NCBI GenBank assembly: GCA_009392915.1
Contig: CP045477.1
Span: 288,001-352,000, forward strand
Reading direction: 5' to 3'
Length of the DNA stretch: 64,000 bases
Source: Candidatus Forterrea multitransposorum CG_2015-17_Forterrea_25_41
GTDB lineage: Archaea; Iainarchaeota; Iainarchaeia; Iainarchaeales; CSSED10-239
A program made the translations under genes and the position numbers. Under the pieces are notes generated by a model that was not told where the DNA came from, made no database searches, and was given only the letters and a program-made list of their open reading frames with translations. Shown one piece after another: positions 40,785 through 51,347 of this stretch (within the stretch, counting starts at the first letter, position 1; every line of letters begins with the position of its first letter).

Positions 40785-41144
40785 ATGATTCCAGAAATAA
40801 TTAAAGATACAGAATATGTTGTTTCTGGAATCACAGATATTTTTGTAAAGGCAATAACAGGTATTGTTTTAGCTTTTATATTTTTAATATTTAGTAGATA
40901 TTTAGATGTTGTATTTGGTGTTTATTGGCTTTCAAATCATTATATCTTTTTATTTGGAATTATTATTTTTAGTTTTTATCATATTTTTGTAAATTATAAG
41001 CAATTCACAGCCTATTATTTATTAGGTTGGATTCTTGGTATTTTTGGTATGGTTGTAATAAATCTTATTACAACTTCTAAAGCTTTAATATATATTGCAA
41101 TTCCTTTAGTTGTTCTTGCAATAAAAAGATTATTATTTCATTGA
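40785..41144 (+). CDS. small membrane protein
   Basis: 119 aa, four TM segments. Confidence 0.4.
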   Translation: MIPEIIKDTEYVVSGITDIFVKAITGIVLAFIFLIFSRYLDVVFGVYWLSNHYIFLFGIIIFSFYHIFVNYKQFTAYYLLGWILGIFGMVVINLITTSKALIYIAIPLVVLAIKRLLFH

Positions 41145-41204
41145 TTTTAACCAAAATTATTAAATACTTTTAGTTTTATATTTAATATATAAAAATGATC
41201 ATTT

Positions 41205-42521
41205 ATGAAAAATCCATTACAGTTTATTAAAAAAAGTTCTATTACAGAAAGAGCAAAAAGCATAAGTCATCTTTTACACAATAAATTATATTTAAAAGTA
41301 TTAATTGCTTTATTTTTTGGTATTTTAGTTGGATTTATTTTAGGACCAACATTTGGTTTTGTTTCAACAGATATTTCAAAGATTATAACTGAATGGCTTG
41401 CTCTTCCAGGATATGTTTTTTTAAGTTTAATACAAATGATTGTAATTCCTTTAATTTTTGCATCAATAATAAAAGGTATTGCTTCTAATGAATCTTCTTC
41501 TAAATTAAAAAAAATAGGATTATCTATTACAATTTATTTTATAATTACAACTGTAATTGCAATAATAATTGGAATTGGTGTTGCAAATATTATTCAGCCA
41601 GGAAAATATATAACTTCTGATCAAATTTCAGCAATTAATGTTGATGGTTCTCAAGAAGTTGTTACCACTGAGATGCCAAAAATTGAAAAAATTCCTGAAA
41701 TGATAGGAGATATTTTTCCAAAAAATGTTTTAAGTTCTATGCTAAAAGGGGATATGCTCCCTATAGTTATTTTTTCAATAATTTTTGGTATTGCCTTAAT
41801 TAATCTTAAGAAAACTCAATCAAAACCATTACTTGATGTTTTAAGTTCTATTCAAGATGTCTCAATAATGATTGTTAAGTGGGCTATGGTTCTTGCTCCT
41901 TTAGCAGTTTTTGGACTTATGGCAAAAATTAGTAGTCAGTTTGGGATAAGTACTCTTGTAGGTTTAGGTGTATATATTTTAACAGTAATGCTTGGTTTAA
42001 TATTATTAATTTGTGTTTATTTATTAATAGTTTATTTTTCAACAAAACAAAAACCATTTACTTTTTTAGGAAAAATATCAGAAGCACAATTACTTGCTTT
42101 TTCAACTTCAAGTTCAGCTGTAGTAATGCCTTTATCAATTAAGACTGCTGAAGATAATTTAAAAATTAGAAAATCTATTTCACAATTTATAATTCCTTTA
42201 GGAACAACAATTAATATGGATGGAACTGCTCTTTATCAAGCAATTGCTACAATTTTTTTAGCACAAGTTTTTGGTATTGAAATTAGTTTTTTAGCTTTAG
42301 TTTTATTAATTGTTACAATTGTAGGTGCATCTATTGGAACTCCAGGAACTCCAGGAGTTGGAATTGTAATTCTTTCAATGGCTTTAACAACAGTTGGCGT
42401 ACCATTATCAGGAATTGCTTTAATAATTGGGGTTGATAGAATCCTTGATATGATGAGAACTACTGTAAATGTAACTGGAGATTTAACAGCAGCAACTTTT
42501 ATAAATAAATTTATTAAGTGA
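41205..42521 (+). CDS. gltP: dicarboxylate/amino acid:cation symporter (GltP/GltT, SDF family)
   Basis: NMDGTALYQAIATIFLAQ and the TPGTPGVG region are hallmark motifs. 438 aa with about 8 TM plus re-entrant loops. Confidence 0.85.
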   Translation: MKNPLQFIKKSSITERAKSISHLLHNKLYLKVLIALFFGILVGFILGPTFGFVSTDISKIITEWLALPGYVFLSLIQMIVIPLIFASIIKGIASNESSSKLKKIGLSITIYFIITTVIAIIIGIGVANIIQPGKYITSDQISAINVDGSQEVVTTEMPKIEKIPEMIGDIFPKNVLSSMLKGDMLPIVIFSIIFGIALINLKKTQSKPLLDVLSSIQDVSIMIVKWAMVLAPLAVFGLMAKISSQFGISTLVGLGVYILTVMLGLILLICVYLLIVYFSTKQKPFTFLGKISEAQLLAFSTSSSAVVMPLSIKTAEDNLKIRKSISQFIIPLGTTINMDGTALYQAIATIFLAQVFGIEISFLALVLLIVTIVGASIGTPGTPGVGIVILSMALTTVGVPLSGIALIIGVDRILDMMRTTVNVTGDLTAATFINKFIK

Positions 42522-42531
42522 TAATTAAAAT

Positions 42532-43086
42532 ATGTATTCTTTATTATTCTTAACAATTTATGTTTTAATCTATTATTTTATTATTTATAAGAAAACTAAA
42601 CATTTAGATCTTACAAAAGAAACTATTGAAATGTTTAAAACTGATTTTGCAACTTCTCTTTATATTTCTATTTTTTATTTAGTTTTACTGGTTTCTTTAG
42701 TTTATTATGTTTTCTTTACAAATTTTTTTAAATTAGAAATGTTAGATATTCTTGGTGTTTTTTTAATTATTTTTTCAGGAATAATTGAATATCATGGAAT
42801 AATTAGTTTAAAAGATAATTATTATCCTCAAGTTGGTATGGAAAAATATTTAGTAACTAATGGTATTTTTAAGTATATAAGACATCCAATTTACTTATCA
42901 GGAATTTTTTTAGGAACTGGCATTATTATTCTTTTTTCAAAGGATATTTTTATTTATTTATTTATAATAATAATTATAACTATTATTTATAAAGTAGAAT
43001 CTGAAGAAAAATATTTACTTAAAAGATTTAAAGATTATAAAAAATATACTAAAAAAAGTTATAAGTTAATACCTTATATTTACTAA
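42532..43086 (+). CDS. isoprenylcysteine carboxyl methyltransferase (ICMT/PEMT) family membrane methyltransferase
   Basis: YIRHPIYLSGIFLGTGIII...E matches the ICMT C-terminal motif. Confidence 0.65.
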   Translation: MYSLLFLTIYVLIYYFIIYKKTKHLDLTKETIEMFKTDFATSLYISIFYLVLLVSLVYYVFFTNFFKLEMLDILGVFLIIFSGIIEYHGIISLKDNYYPQVGMEKYLVTNGIFKYIRHPIYLSGIFLGTGIIILFSKDIFIYLFIIIIITIIYKVESEEKYLLKRFKDYKKYTKKSYKLIPYIY

Positions 43087-43153
43087 AAAAGAAAGTATTT
43101 AATAGTAGTTTATACTTAAATATCTATATTTTGAATATTAATGTGATATAACT

Positions 43154-44149
43154 ATGATAGAAACTTATAAAGATTTTAAAAAATATGTTGCAATTGCTAT
43201 AATATTGATTCTTTTTATTTTTATGGTAAAATATCTTTGGCCACATGTTAATGGTTTTTTAGGTGCTTTTATTTTATTTGCTTTATTTTTACCATTACAT
43301 TTATTTTTAACTAAAAAGCTTAATTTTAATAAAAATTTATCTGCAGTTTTAATAATTATTTTAACTTTGTTAATTGTGATTATTCCAAGTTATTTTATAG
43401 TTACTGAATCATATAATCAAGTAAAACAAATAACTTTAGAAAAAAATAAAATAATTTCAGAAATAAGTAAATTTGAAGAAAATTTTCCAGGACTTGAAAT
43501 TTCAGATAAAGTAAATGAATATCTTCCAAGTTTTGCTAATTGGAGTGCAGATGTTTTGTTTAAAAGTATTAATAATGTCATAAAAACTATTATTACTTTA
43601 ATTATAATGTATTTTATTTTATTCTATTTACTTGTATATAATTCTCAATTATATAAAGTACTAAGAGAATATCTTCCATTTAGTTCTAAAAATTCAATAA
43701 TTCTTGCAAAAGAATTTAAAAAAGTAACTTATGCAACTTTAATTTCCACTGGTCTTGTAGCAATTTTCCAAGGGTTATTATTAGGTTTAGGTTTCTGGGC
43801 ACTTAATATTAAGGGTGCTATATTTTGGGGATTTTTAGCAGCAATATTATCTTTCTTACCAGTATTAGGTATTCCTTTAATCTGGGTACCTTATGGTGTT
43901 GTGTATTTAATAAAGCATGATTATTTTACAGCTATTGCAATATTAATTTTAGGACTTATTATTAATTATTCTGAATTCTTTATAAGACCATATCTTCAAA
44001 AAAGAATAGGAGATTTACATCCTTTAGTTTCAATTATTGGAATATTTATTGGAATTCCTGCTTTTGGTTTTGTGGGTATTGTTATTGGTCCTTTAATCAT
44101 TTCTTATTTTGTATTAATATTTAGAATGTTTAAAGATGAATATTTATAA
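43154..44149 (+). CDS. AI-2E family transporter-like membrane protein (UPF0118)
   Basis: 331 aa, 7-8 TM, architecture typical of PF01594. The assignment rests on topology and length, not on a specific motif. Confidence 0.5.
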   Translation: MIETYKDFKKYVAIAIILILFIFMVKYLWPHVNGFLGAFILFALFLPLHLFLTKKLNFNKNLSAVLIIILTLLIVIIPSYFIVTESYNQVKQITLEKNKIISEISKFEENFPGLEISDKVNEYLPSFANWSADVLFKSINNVIKTIITLIIMYFILFYLLVYNSQLYKVLREYLPFSSKNSIILAKEFKKVTYATLISTGLVAIFQGLLLGLGFWALNIKGAIFWGFLAAILSFLPVLGIPLIWVPYGVVYLIKHDYFTAIAILILGLIINYSEFFIRPYLQKRIGDLHPLVSIIGIFIGIPAFGFVGIVIGPLIISYFVLIFRMFKDEYL

Positions 44150-44172
44150 AATAAAAGAAAAATAAAGAATAA

Positions 44173-44775
44173 TTATTTCTTTATTTTTTTAGTTGTTTTT
44201 TTCTTTTTAGAAACTACTTTTTTAGTTTTTGGTTTAGTAGTAGTTTTCTTTTTAGTCATTGGTTTTTCTTTCTTTGCAGATACTTTTTCTTTTTTACTAG
44301 GTTTATCAACCCATGCAACAATACCTAAAACAATTAAGTTTGCAAGGCTTACTAAAGTTAATAAACTTAAAGCACCGTGATAATTTCTTTTTTCAAATAT
44401 TTTCCAAATCCAGTATGTTCTAAAAGACACTAATATTAAAGTTCCAATTAAAATAAGTAAAGATAAAAACATATTTATAAATGGAATTAGTGTAAATGGA
44501 AGGAAAAGTAAAGGTGCAACTATTGGAAGTAAAGCAATAAAACCCCATTCCCATCTTTCTTCAGCTAAAATTGGATAAAGAAAGTATTGTCCTATTGGTA
44601 TCCATGCAAGAAAAGCATATTTAGAGTTTAATTTTTTTGCAATTGTATATAATGCAAATGCTTTATATAAAAATACTGCTAATAAAATTATTATTGCAAA
44701 ATAAAACATAAACACTAATAAAGAACCAAACCCTAAACCAAAAAGAGTTCCAGTTAGTAATTCATCAGTAATCAT
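44173..44775 (-). CDS. membrane protein with lysine-rich C-terminal tail
   Basis: Four TM segments followed by SKKEKVSAKKEKPMTKKKTTTKPKTKKVVSKKKKTTKKIKK. Confidence 0.45.
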   Translation of the reverse strand: MITDELLTGTLFGLGFGSLLVFMFYFAIIILLAVFLYKAFALYTIAKKLNSKYAFLAWIPIGQYFLYPILAEERWEWGFIALLPIVAPLLFLPFTLIPFINMFLSLLILIGTLILVSFRTYWIWKIFEKRNYHGALSLLTLVSLANLIVLGIVAWVDKPSKKEKVSAKKEKPMTKKKTTTKPKTKKVVSKKKKTTKKIKK

Positions 44776-44861
44776 TTTAAATACTCTCCTATATAATTAA
44801 TATATAGTTATTATACTAAAGTATTTATAAATATTTTCTTTAAGTTTAAAAGTGTAAAAAT

Positions 44862-46106
44862 ATGAAAAAACCAATTATTTTAAGCCCAGTTGGAAACTGG
44901 GATATGTTAGTTTCTGCAATTGATGCAGGATGTAATGCTGTTTATTTAGGTATTAAAGGCATAAACATGAGAGAGAGAGCACAAAATTTTACTTTACAAA
45001 ATATAGGTAAAGTTATTAAGTATTCTCATGAAAGAAATGTTGAAGTTTATTTAACATTAAACACAATAATTTTTGATAAAGAAATTAATAAAGTAAAAAA
45101 AATATTAAAAAAAGTTAAAGAATTAAAAATTGATGGAGTGATTGCTTGGGATCTTGCAGTTATAAAACTTGCAAGAGAATATAAAGTTCCAGTTCATTTA
45201 AGCACACAAGCAAGTGTTTCAAATATTGAAGCAATTAAACAATATTATGATTTAGGTGTAAGAAGATTTGTTCTTGCAAGAGAATTAACTTTGGAAGATA
45301 TTAAAAAAATTGTAAAAAATGCAAAAAAAATAGATCCTAAAATTGAAATTGAAATATTTATTCATGGTGCAATGTGTGTTTCTGTTAGTGGAAGATGTTT
45401 TATGTCTCAATTTTTATATGGAGATAAGACTTCTGCAAATAGAGGTAAATGTATTCAACCTTGTAGACGAAAATATTTAGTTTTAGATCCTGAAACTAAA
45501 AAAGAACTTTTAGTTGAAAATAATTATGTTATGAGTCCAAAAGACATGAACACTATTTTATTTATAGATCAATTAATAAAAGCAGGAATTGATGTCTTTA
45601 AAATTGAAGGAAGAATTAAAGGTGCAGAGTATGTTAAAATAGTCACTGAATGTTATAAAGAAGCTATTGATTTATATTTTAAAAAGAAATTAACTTTAAA
45701 TAAAAAGAAAGAACTATATGAAAAATTAGATTCTGTTTATAATAGAGGTTTTTCAGATGGATTCTATCATGGAAAACCAATTAATCAATGGGCTGAACAA
45801 TATGGTAATAAATCAGAAACTAAAAAAACATATATTGGGAAAGTTACTAAGATTTTTAAAAAAATTAATGTTGCAGAAGTTAAAATTGAAGGAACTAAAC
45901 TTAAATTAAATGATAATATTTTATTTATTGGAGAAAAAACAGGTGTTATTGAGCAAAAAATAAATAGTATGCAAAAAGATGTAAATCATCCTTTAACTAT
46001 TGCAAAAAAAGGAGATTTAATTGGAATTAAAATAAATTCAAATAAACTTCCTTATAAAAACGATAAAGTTTATATTTTTCAAAAAGATAAACTTATAAAT
46101 AGTTAA
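44862..46106 (+). CDS. peptidase U32 family protein (PrtC/RlhA/TrhP-like)
   Basis: LSPVGNWDMLVSAIDAGCNAVYLG, E.YLTLN, HLSTQ and the Cys cluster GAMCVSVSGRCFMS...CIQPCRRKY. Confidence 0.85.
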   Translation: MKKPIILSPVGNWDMLVSAIDAGCNAVYLGIKGINMRERAQNFTLQNIGKVIKYSHERNVEVYLTLNTIIFDKEINKVKKILKKVKELKIDGVIAWDLAVIKLAREYKVPVHLSTQASVSNIEAIKQYYDLGVRRFVLARELTLEDIKKIVKNAKKIDPKIEIEIFIHGAMCVSVSGRCFMSQFLYGDKTSANRGKCIQPCRRKYLVLDPETKKELLVENNYVMSPKDMNTILFIDQLIKAGIDVFKIEGRIKGAEYVKIVTECYKEAIDLYFKKKLTLNKKKELYEKLDSVYNRGFSDGFYHGKPINQWAEQYGNKSETKKTYIGKVTKIFKKINVAEVKIEGTKLKLNDNILFIGEKTGVIEQKINSMQKDVNHPLTIAKKGDLIGIKINSNKLPYKNDKVYIFQKDKLINS

Positions 46107-46205
46107 ATTAATAATATATAAATATAATTTTATTAAAAAATGTGATTAGATATTAAAAAAGAAAAAAATATTTCCTTACCTAAAAAAACATTACTTGGAA
46201 TTCAG

Positions 46206-47345
46206 ATGTTATTTGTTGCTTTTGGTGCAACTGTTCTAGTTCCACTTTTAATTGGTATTGATCCTTCTGTTGCTTTATTTACAGCTGGACTTGGAACTTT
46301 AATATTTCATTTAATTACTGGTGGTATTGTACCTATATTTTTAGGAAGTTCTTTTGTTTTTATCGTACCAATTATTGCAGCAACACAGCTATATGGTTAT
46401 TCAGGGGCATTGAGTGGACTTATTGCTGTAGGTTTAGTTTTTATAATTGTATCTTTAATTATTAGAAAAAAAGGTATTGTTTTTATTAAAAAAATATTTC
46501 CTCCAATTGTTGTGGGGCCTGTAATTATGGTTATAGGACTTTCACTTTCTTCAACTGCAGTTGAAATGTCTTCTCATAATTGGATTCTTGCAAGTATAAC
46601 TTTAATTACAGCAATTATTATTTCTATTTTTGGAAGAAGAACAATTAAATTACTTCCAATTATTGGAAGTATAATTTTTACATATATTATAGCAATGATA
46701 TTTGGCATGGTTGATTATTCAAGTATTATTAGTGCTAGTTGGATATCTCTTCCAAACTTTATAACACCAACTTTTAGTCTAGGCGCAATTCTTTTAATTA
46801 TCCCAGTTGCAATAGCTCCAATGATTGAACATGTAGGAGATATGTATGCAATAAGCAAAGCTACAGGAAAAGATTTTATTAAAAAACCAGGAATTCATAA
46901 AACAATGCTTGGAGATGGTCTTACAACTATTATTGCAGCTTTATTTGGTGGTCCTCCAAACACAACATATTCAGAAGTTACAGGTGCAATTGTTTTAACA
47001 AAATTAAAAGATCCTATGATTTTAAGAATTTCTGCAATTACAGCAATATGTTTTGCATTTATAGGAAAAATAAGTGGTTTTTTGCAAACAATTCCAGATT
47101 CAATATTAGGTGGAACTTTAATATTATTATTTGGGATGATTACAATTGTAGGTATAAAATCAATTGTTGAATCAACAACAAATCTTAATAAAACAAAAAA
47201 TATGATAATAGCAGGGGTTATGCTTACAATTGGTGTTGGTGGAGCTGTAATTTCTTCAGGCACATTTTCAATTGAAGGTGTAGGTCTTGCATCAATTGTA
47301 GGAATTGTTTTAAATTTAGTTTTACCAGAAAAAGAAATTATTTAG
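46206..47345 (+). CDS. nucleobase:cation symporter NCS2 family (uracil/xanthine permease)
   Basis: The (Q)MLFVAFGATVLVPLL N-terminal motif aligns to UraA LQHLFAMFGATVLVP. 379 aa with about 12 TM. The N-terminus may begin slightly upstream at a non-canonical start. Confidence 0.85.
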   Translation: MLFVAFGATVLVPLLIGIDPSVALFTAGLGTLIFHLITGGIVPIFLGSSFVFIVPIIAATQLYGYSGALSGLIAVGLVFIIVSLIIRKKGIVFIKKIFPPIVVGPVIMVIGLSLSSTAVEMSSHNWILASITLITAIIISIFGRRTIKLLPIIGSIIFTYIIAMIFGMVDYSSIISASWISLPNFITPTFSLGAILLIIPVAIAPMIEHVGDMYAISKATGKDFIKKPGIHKTMLGDGLTTIIAALFGGPPNTTYSEVTGAIVLTKLKDPMILRISAITAICFAFIGKISGFLQTIPDSILGGTLILLFGMITIVGIKSIVESTTNLNKTKNMIIAGVMLTIGVGGAVISSGTFSIEGVGLASIVGIVLNLVLPEKEII

Positions 47346-48048
47346 GTTTTTTAAATTTTAAAAGATTAGGTATTTTTTTAAAAGATAAAGAATTCTTTTT
47401 TTCTTTTAAGTGATTTGACAATAATCTTTTAACTCTTTCTTTATTTGGATTTAAGTCTCCAAGTTTAGTAAAATATCTATCCCTTATTTTACCATTTATT
47501 GTAATCAATCTATCGATTTTTAAAACTGTTTCTTGAATTTCAATATTTGCTTTCTGATATTGAATTCTTTCTAAAACTAAACTTTTTAATTTAGCTTTGT
47601 CTTTTTCTTTTTTTATTTTCTCTTCTAGTTTTTTTATTATTTTTAAATTTGTTTCTAATTGCTTTTTTTTATTTTTAATATAATTTTTATTATATTCATT
47701 TTGTAAAGAAACTGGATCATATACTATTTTTTTTCCAGTCTTTAGTGAAGCTTTAATAAAAGAATCTAATATTATTTCATAAAAAGGTTTTTCTAAGTTT
47801 TTATAATTAAAATTATTTTCTTCTTGTTTTACACCTTGTATAAAATTAATAATTATTTTATTAGATGTTGGTGAATTAGTGTAATTAATAAGTCCAAGAG
47901 GATTATTTTTATGATATAATACTAGTATTGGAGAATAAAGTTTAGATTTATAAACAAATCCATCAGGAAAAACCCAATAACTTTTTTTTCTAAAATAAAA
48001 ATCATTACTGGGTTTATTTTTTAATAGATCTAAAAATATATTATTCAT
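47338..48048 (-). CDS. hypothetical coiled-coil protein
   Basis: 236 aa with a K/E-rich helical C-terminal half. Convergent 8-nt overlap with the permease. Confidence 0.45.
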   Translation of the reverse strand: MNNIFLDLLKNKPSNDFYFRKKSYWVFPDGFVYKSKLYSPILVLYHKNNPLGLINYTNSPTSNKIIINFIQGVKQEENNFNYKNLEKPFYEIILDSFIKASLKTGKKIVYDPVSLQNEYNKNYIKNKKKQLETNLKIIKKLEEKIKKEKDKAKLKSLVLERIQYQKANIEIQETVLKIDRLITINGKIRDRYFTKLGDLNPNKERVKRLLSNHLKEKKNSLSFKKIPNLLKFKKPK

Positions 48049-48057
48049 ATTTAAAAA

Positions 48058-49248
48058 CTATATAAATCCTCTTACAATTACAACAGGAGTATTAGAATCT
48101 GCAGAACCAGAAACTAAGTCTGCTAAAGATGAAACTAAATTTTCTATTTTTCTAGGTGTAGTTCCTTGAGCTGAAAAAGAATCTTTTTTTTGCTCTCTTA
48201 CAAATTTTTCTTTTTCTTCTTCAATAATTTTTGAAATCTCTTCTTTACTTTTTCCATCATTATATAATTTTTGCATTAAAAATTTAGTTTTAACACCTAT
48301 TCTGTTTCTATTCTTTATTCCAGGAGTAACACCAAAAGCAGAAACAGGATCTGCAAGTTCATATATTCCTGATTCAGGATCTTTATAAGCTCCATCACCA
48401 TAAATAATTACTTCTACATCTTTAGAAAATTCTTCTTTAATCATCTTTTGAACATCAAGACAAACTAAATCTCCATTTTTTGGAGCTAATTTTATTTTTT
48501 CATTTTCAGGATCTAAAATATTTGAACCTAATAAACCATATTCAGAATAAGCTTCTTTTTGTGAATCACTACAAATATTTTGAAGAGTAATAACATTTTG
48601 ATATTCTCTTTTCTTAATTGCATTTAAAGTATCGTTTCTATGATGTACATTTGATACAATTATTCCATCTGGTTTTTTATCAACTAAATATCTAGTAGAA
48701 TTTGCAAGATAAATCTCAACATCACAACCTTCTTTTTTAACAATAGATTCATAGAATGCAATATAGTCAAGTCCAGTTTCTGGATGTAAAAACCTATCTT
48801 TTCCGATTTCTTCAGTTGTTATTTTATCCTCAAAAGTTTTATCTAACTTATGTAACATTTTACTATCAGTGATTGGATTTCCTTGTTCATCATCAGGAAA
48901 CTTAAGTTGAATTATTATTTTTCCTTTAGGAACTGTTTTTGCAATTCCTTTTAATATCATTGAAAATCTATTTCTTGAAAGAATAGGATAAATTATTCCA
49001 ATAGTTGAATCTTCTTTAAGATTTAATTTTTCTTTAATTTCTTTTGAAACATCGTTTAAATAGACATAGTTTTTTTGAGTTATTGCAACAACTGCTTCAG
49101 TCATACAAACAATATCTCCATTGTCTATTAAATCTTTTTCTTTTTTTAAAGAATTTTTAACAACATCAACCATATTATCTTCAAAAGTTATAATTCCTGT
49201 TTTAACACCAAAAGCTATAACTCCTAAATTACTTCTATTTAATTCCAT
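48058..49248 (-). CDS. CofE-like protein (F420-0:gamma-glutamyl ligase family, PF01996-like)
   Basis: GDIVCMTEAVVAITQKN aligns to CofE GDILVISHKIVSKAEGR. C-terminal TPVVIVRGFI resembles the CofE/FbiB C-terminal PVVIVRG. The protein is about 150 aa longer than canonical CofE. Confidence 0.4.
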   Translation of the reverse strand: MELNRSNLGVIAFGVKTGIITFEDNMVDVVKNSLKKEKDLIDNGDIVCMTEAVVAITQKNYVYLNDVSKEIKEKLNLKEDSTIGIIYPILSRNRFSMILKGIAKTVPKGKIIIQLKFPDDEQGNPITDSKMLHKLDKTFEDKITTEEIGKDRFLHPETGLDYIAFYESIVKKEGCDVEIYLANSTRYLVDKKPDGIIVSNVHHRNDTLNAIKKREYQNVITLQNICSDSQKEAYSEYGLLGSNILDPENEKIKLAPKNGDLVCLDVQKMIKEEFSKDVEVIIYGDGAYKDPESGIYELADPVSAFGVTPGIKNRNRIGVKTKFLMQKLYNDGKSKEEISKIIEEEKEKFVREQKKDSFSAQGTTPRKIENLVSSLADLVSGSADSNTPVVIVRGFI

Positions 49249-49333
49249 AAGATTTTCTCCACCTACATTTTTTAATAATATTAATTAAATACATGTAGAT
49301 GGATATCTTAATAAATCTTTTCTTAGAAAAAAA

Positions 49334-49903
49334 TTATTTAAATTTTCCTTCAATTACAATTTCTGAAAGTTCTTTTCTTGAAGAAACAATTTCTTTATCT
49401 TGAAGTTCTACTGGTAAATCTTCAATCTTTCCTTTATTACCTATAGCTAACATTGCAAGTACATGATAATTTTCTGGAATTTCTAAGTTTTCTCTTATTT
49501 TTTTATAATCAAAACCAGACATAGCATGTCCAACAAGTCCTAAATCTTTTGCTTGAAGAGCCATATTTTGCATTGCAGCTCCAGAATCAAATATATTTAT
49601 TATTTCTTCTTTATCATTAAACATTTTATCTGCAATTACAAGAATAATAACAGATGCATTTTTAACCCAAGATTTATTAAAATCAACTAAGCTTTCAAAA
49701 AATAAATCCCATTCTTTTGTTTCTCTTTTTGCATATAAAAATTTCCATGGTTGATAATTATATGCTGAAGGAGCATATCTTCCTGCTTCTAATATTGCAA
49801 AAAGATCATTATTTTCAATAGTTTCTCCATTCATAGCTCTAGGAGAAGTTCTATTTAATATTAATTTGTTAACATTATATTCTGATTTTCTTTCTGATGA
49901 CAT
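49334..49903 (-). CDS. nitroreductase family protein (FMN-dependent)
   Basis: RTSPRAM...AILEAGRYAPSAYNYQPWKF is a canonical nitroreductase N-terminal motif. 189 aa. Confidence 0.8.
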   Translation of the reverse strand: MSSERKSEYNVNKLILNRTSPRAMNGETIENNDLFAILEAGRYAPSAYNYQPWKFLYAKRETKEWDLFFESLVDFNKSWVKNASVIILVIADKMFNDKEEIINIFDSGAAMQNMALQAKDLGLVGHAMSGFDYKKIRENLEIPENYHVLAMLAIGNKGKIEDLPVELQDKEIVSSRKELSEIVIEGKFK

Positions 49904-50183
49904 GTATATTACACCTCTTTATTTTTTTTATAAATTTTATTTATTTTTAAGAAAAAATAAATTATAGAAATAGCTATATATTTAGGTACAGAAGTATATT
50001 TATATGTATTTATTTTCATATATTGTTCAATTAAATAAATATATCCTCATTAACCCTCAATTCTTAACAAAATAATAACTTTTAAGTTTTTTTACCAATA
50101 TCTTTTTAAAGATTTCCAACTACATTTTTTTATCATTTTTAAAAAATAATTGTGAAATTAGAAAAAATAGGTTGTGATAAGAA

Positions 50184-50471
50184 ATGTTATATAAATATTG
50201 TTCAAATTGTTTTTCAATAGATGTTAAATATCTTCCTGCTGAAAAAAAATATCATTGTTTAAAATGTAATTTTAAGGGAGAATTTAAAGAAGATTCAATA
50301 GATAAGATAAATAATTATAAAAAACAAGGTAGTACTGTTATTCAAAGAGATACATTTATTGAAGCAAAAAAAGAAGTTGCGTCAGACACTGAAGAATTCG
50401 ATTCAATTGATGATAAAATAAAAAGTAAGTTTGGTGAAAAATCTAAAAATTCAGATTGGGAACTTTTATAA
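50184..50471 (+). CDS. small zinc-ribbon protein
   Basis: CSNC...17 aa...CLKC forms a four-Cys ribbon at the N-terminus. The C-terminus is acidic. Confidence 0.45.
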   Translation: MLYKYCSNCFSIDVKYLPAEKKYHCLKCNFKGEFKEDSIDKINNYKKQGSTVIQRDTFIEAKKEVASDTEEFDSIDDKIKSKFGEKSKNSDWELL

Positions 50472-50501
50472 GTTTCTTTTCTACTTTTTTTATTTTAAAA
50501 A

Positions 50502-51347
50502 TTATAATTTTTCATAAATTTCTTTTAAAAAAAGTGCATCTTCTACAATTTCTGGAGATTCACAAATAACAGTTCCTGTAGTTTTATTATCTTTTAAATT
50601 TGCTAAAATTTCTTTATAAGGCAAGTCTGCTTCTCTAAAAGGAAGATGATGTTTTTCTCCTTTTTCACCATAGGCAATACCAGACATATGCATATGAAGA
50701 TTTTTAAAAAATTCAGGATAACTTTTTAATTTTTCAAAAAATAAAGATACATTTTTTTTATCTTTAAAATAACCATTTTCTCTTGCATGTTGATGTGCAA
50801 AATCAATAACTGGTTTTACAAATTTAGGATGTTTGTCAATAAAATAAAATATTTCATCAATTGAACCTACTTGTGTTTTTTTACCTGTAAGTTCAATACC
50901 AAGTTTTGTATCTCCTTTATATTTATCTTCAATTAAAGAAATTTGATGAGATATGTTTTCTAAAACTTTTTTAGGTTCTTGTTTTAAAAAATATCCAATA
51001 TGGCAAACAATTGTTTTTGCACCAATTTCATGTCCAACATTTAAGGAATCTAAAATATATCTGTGAGAATTAATTATTTTATGTTCTTCAATAGCATTAA
51101 GGTTTATAAAATAAGGAGCATGTATACTTAAACTAACATTACTATTAATTGCATTATTCTTAATTTCTTCTTTTTTTTCAGGAACACTATTCTTTAAATA
51201 AACAGATCTTACAAATTCAATTTCCATTGCGCTAAGACCTATTTTGGAAACTTCTAAAATAGCATCTGCAGTTGGATTTTTACTATTTTTTGGAATTTCT
51301 AATATTGTTCCTCCAAAACCAGCAGGTCCAAAATTTAATTTATTCAT
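50502..51347 (-). CDS. AP-endonuclease family 2 / endonuclease IV-like TIM-barrel protein
   Basis: SIHAPYFINL (compare Nfo SVHAPYLINL), spaced His/Glu/Asp metal ligands (HIGY, HQHA, HMHMSG) and a C-terminal E. Confidence 0.55.
   Translation of the reverse strand: MNKLNFGPAGFGGTILEIPKNSKNPTADAILEVSKIGLSAMEIEFVRSVYLKNSVPEKKEEIKNNAINSNVSLSIHAPYFINLNAIEEHKIINSHRYILDSLNVGHEIGAKTIVCHIGYFLKQEPKKVLENISHQISLIEDKYKGDTKLGIELTGKKTQVGSIDEIFYFIDKHPKFVKPVIDFAHQHARENGYFKDKKNVSLFFEKLKSYPEFFKNLHMHMSGIAYGEKGEKHHLPFREADLPYKEILANLKDNKTTGTVICESPEIVEDALFLKEIYEKL

Noticed and set aside
40622-40834. 70-aa minus-strand ORF
   Set aside because: Antisense across two small membrane-protein genes.
42236-42556. 106-aa minus-strand ORF inside gltP
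   Set aside because: Antisense to a transporter with hallmark motifs.
46895-47263. 122-aa minus-strand ORF inside uracil permease
   Set aside because: Antisense overlap.
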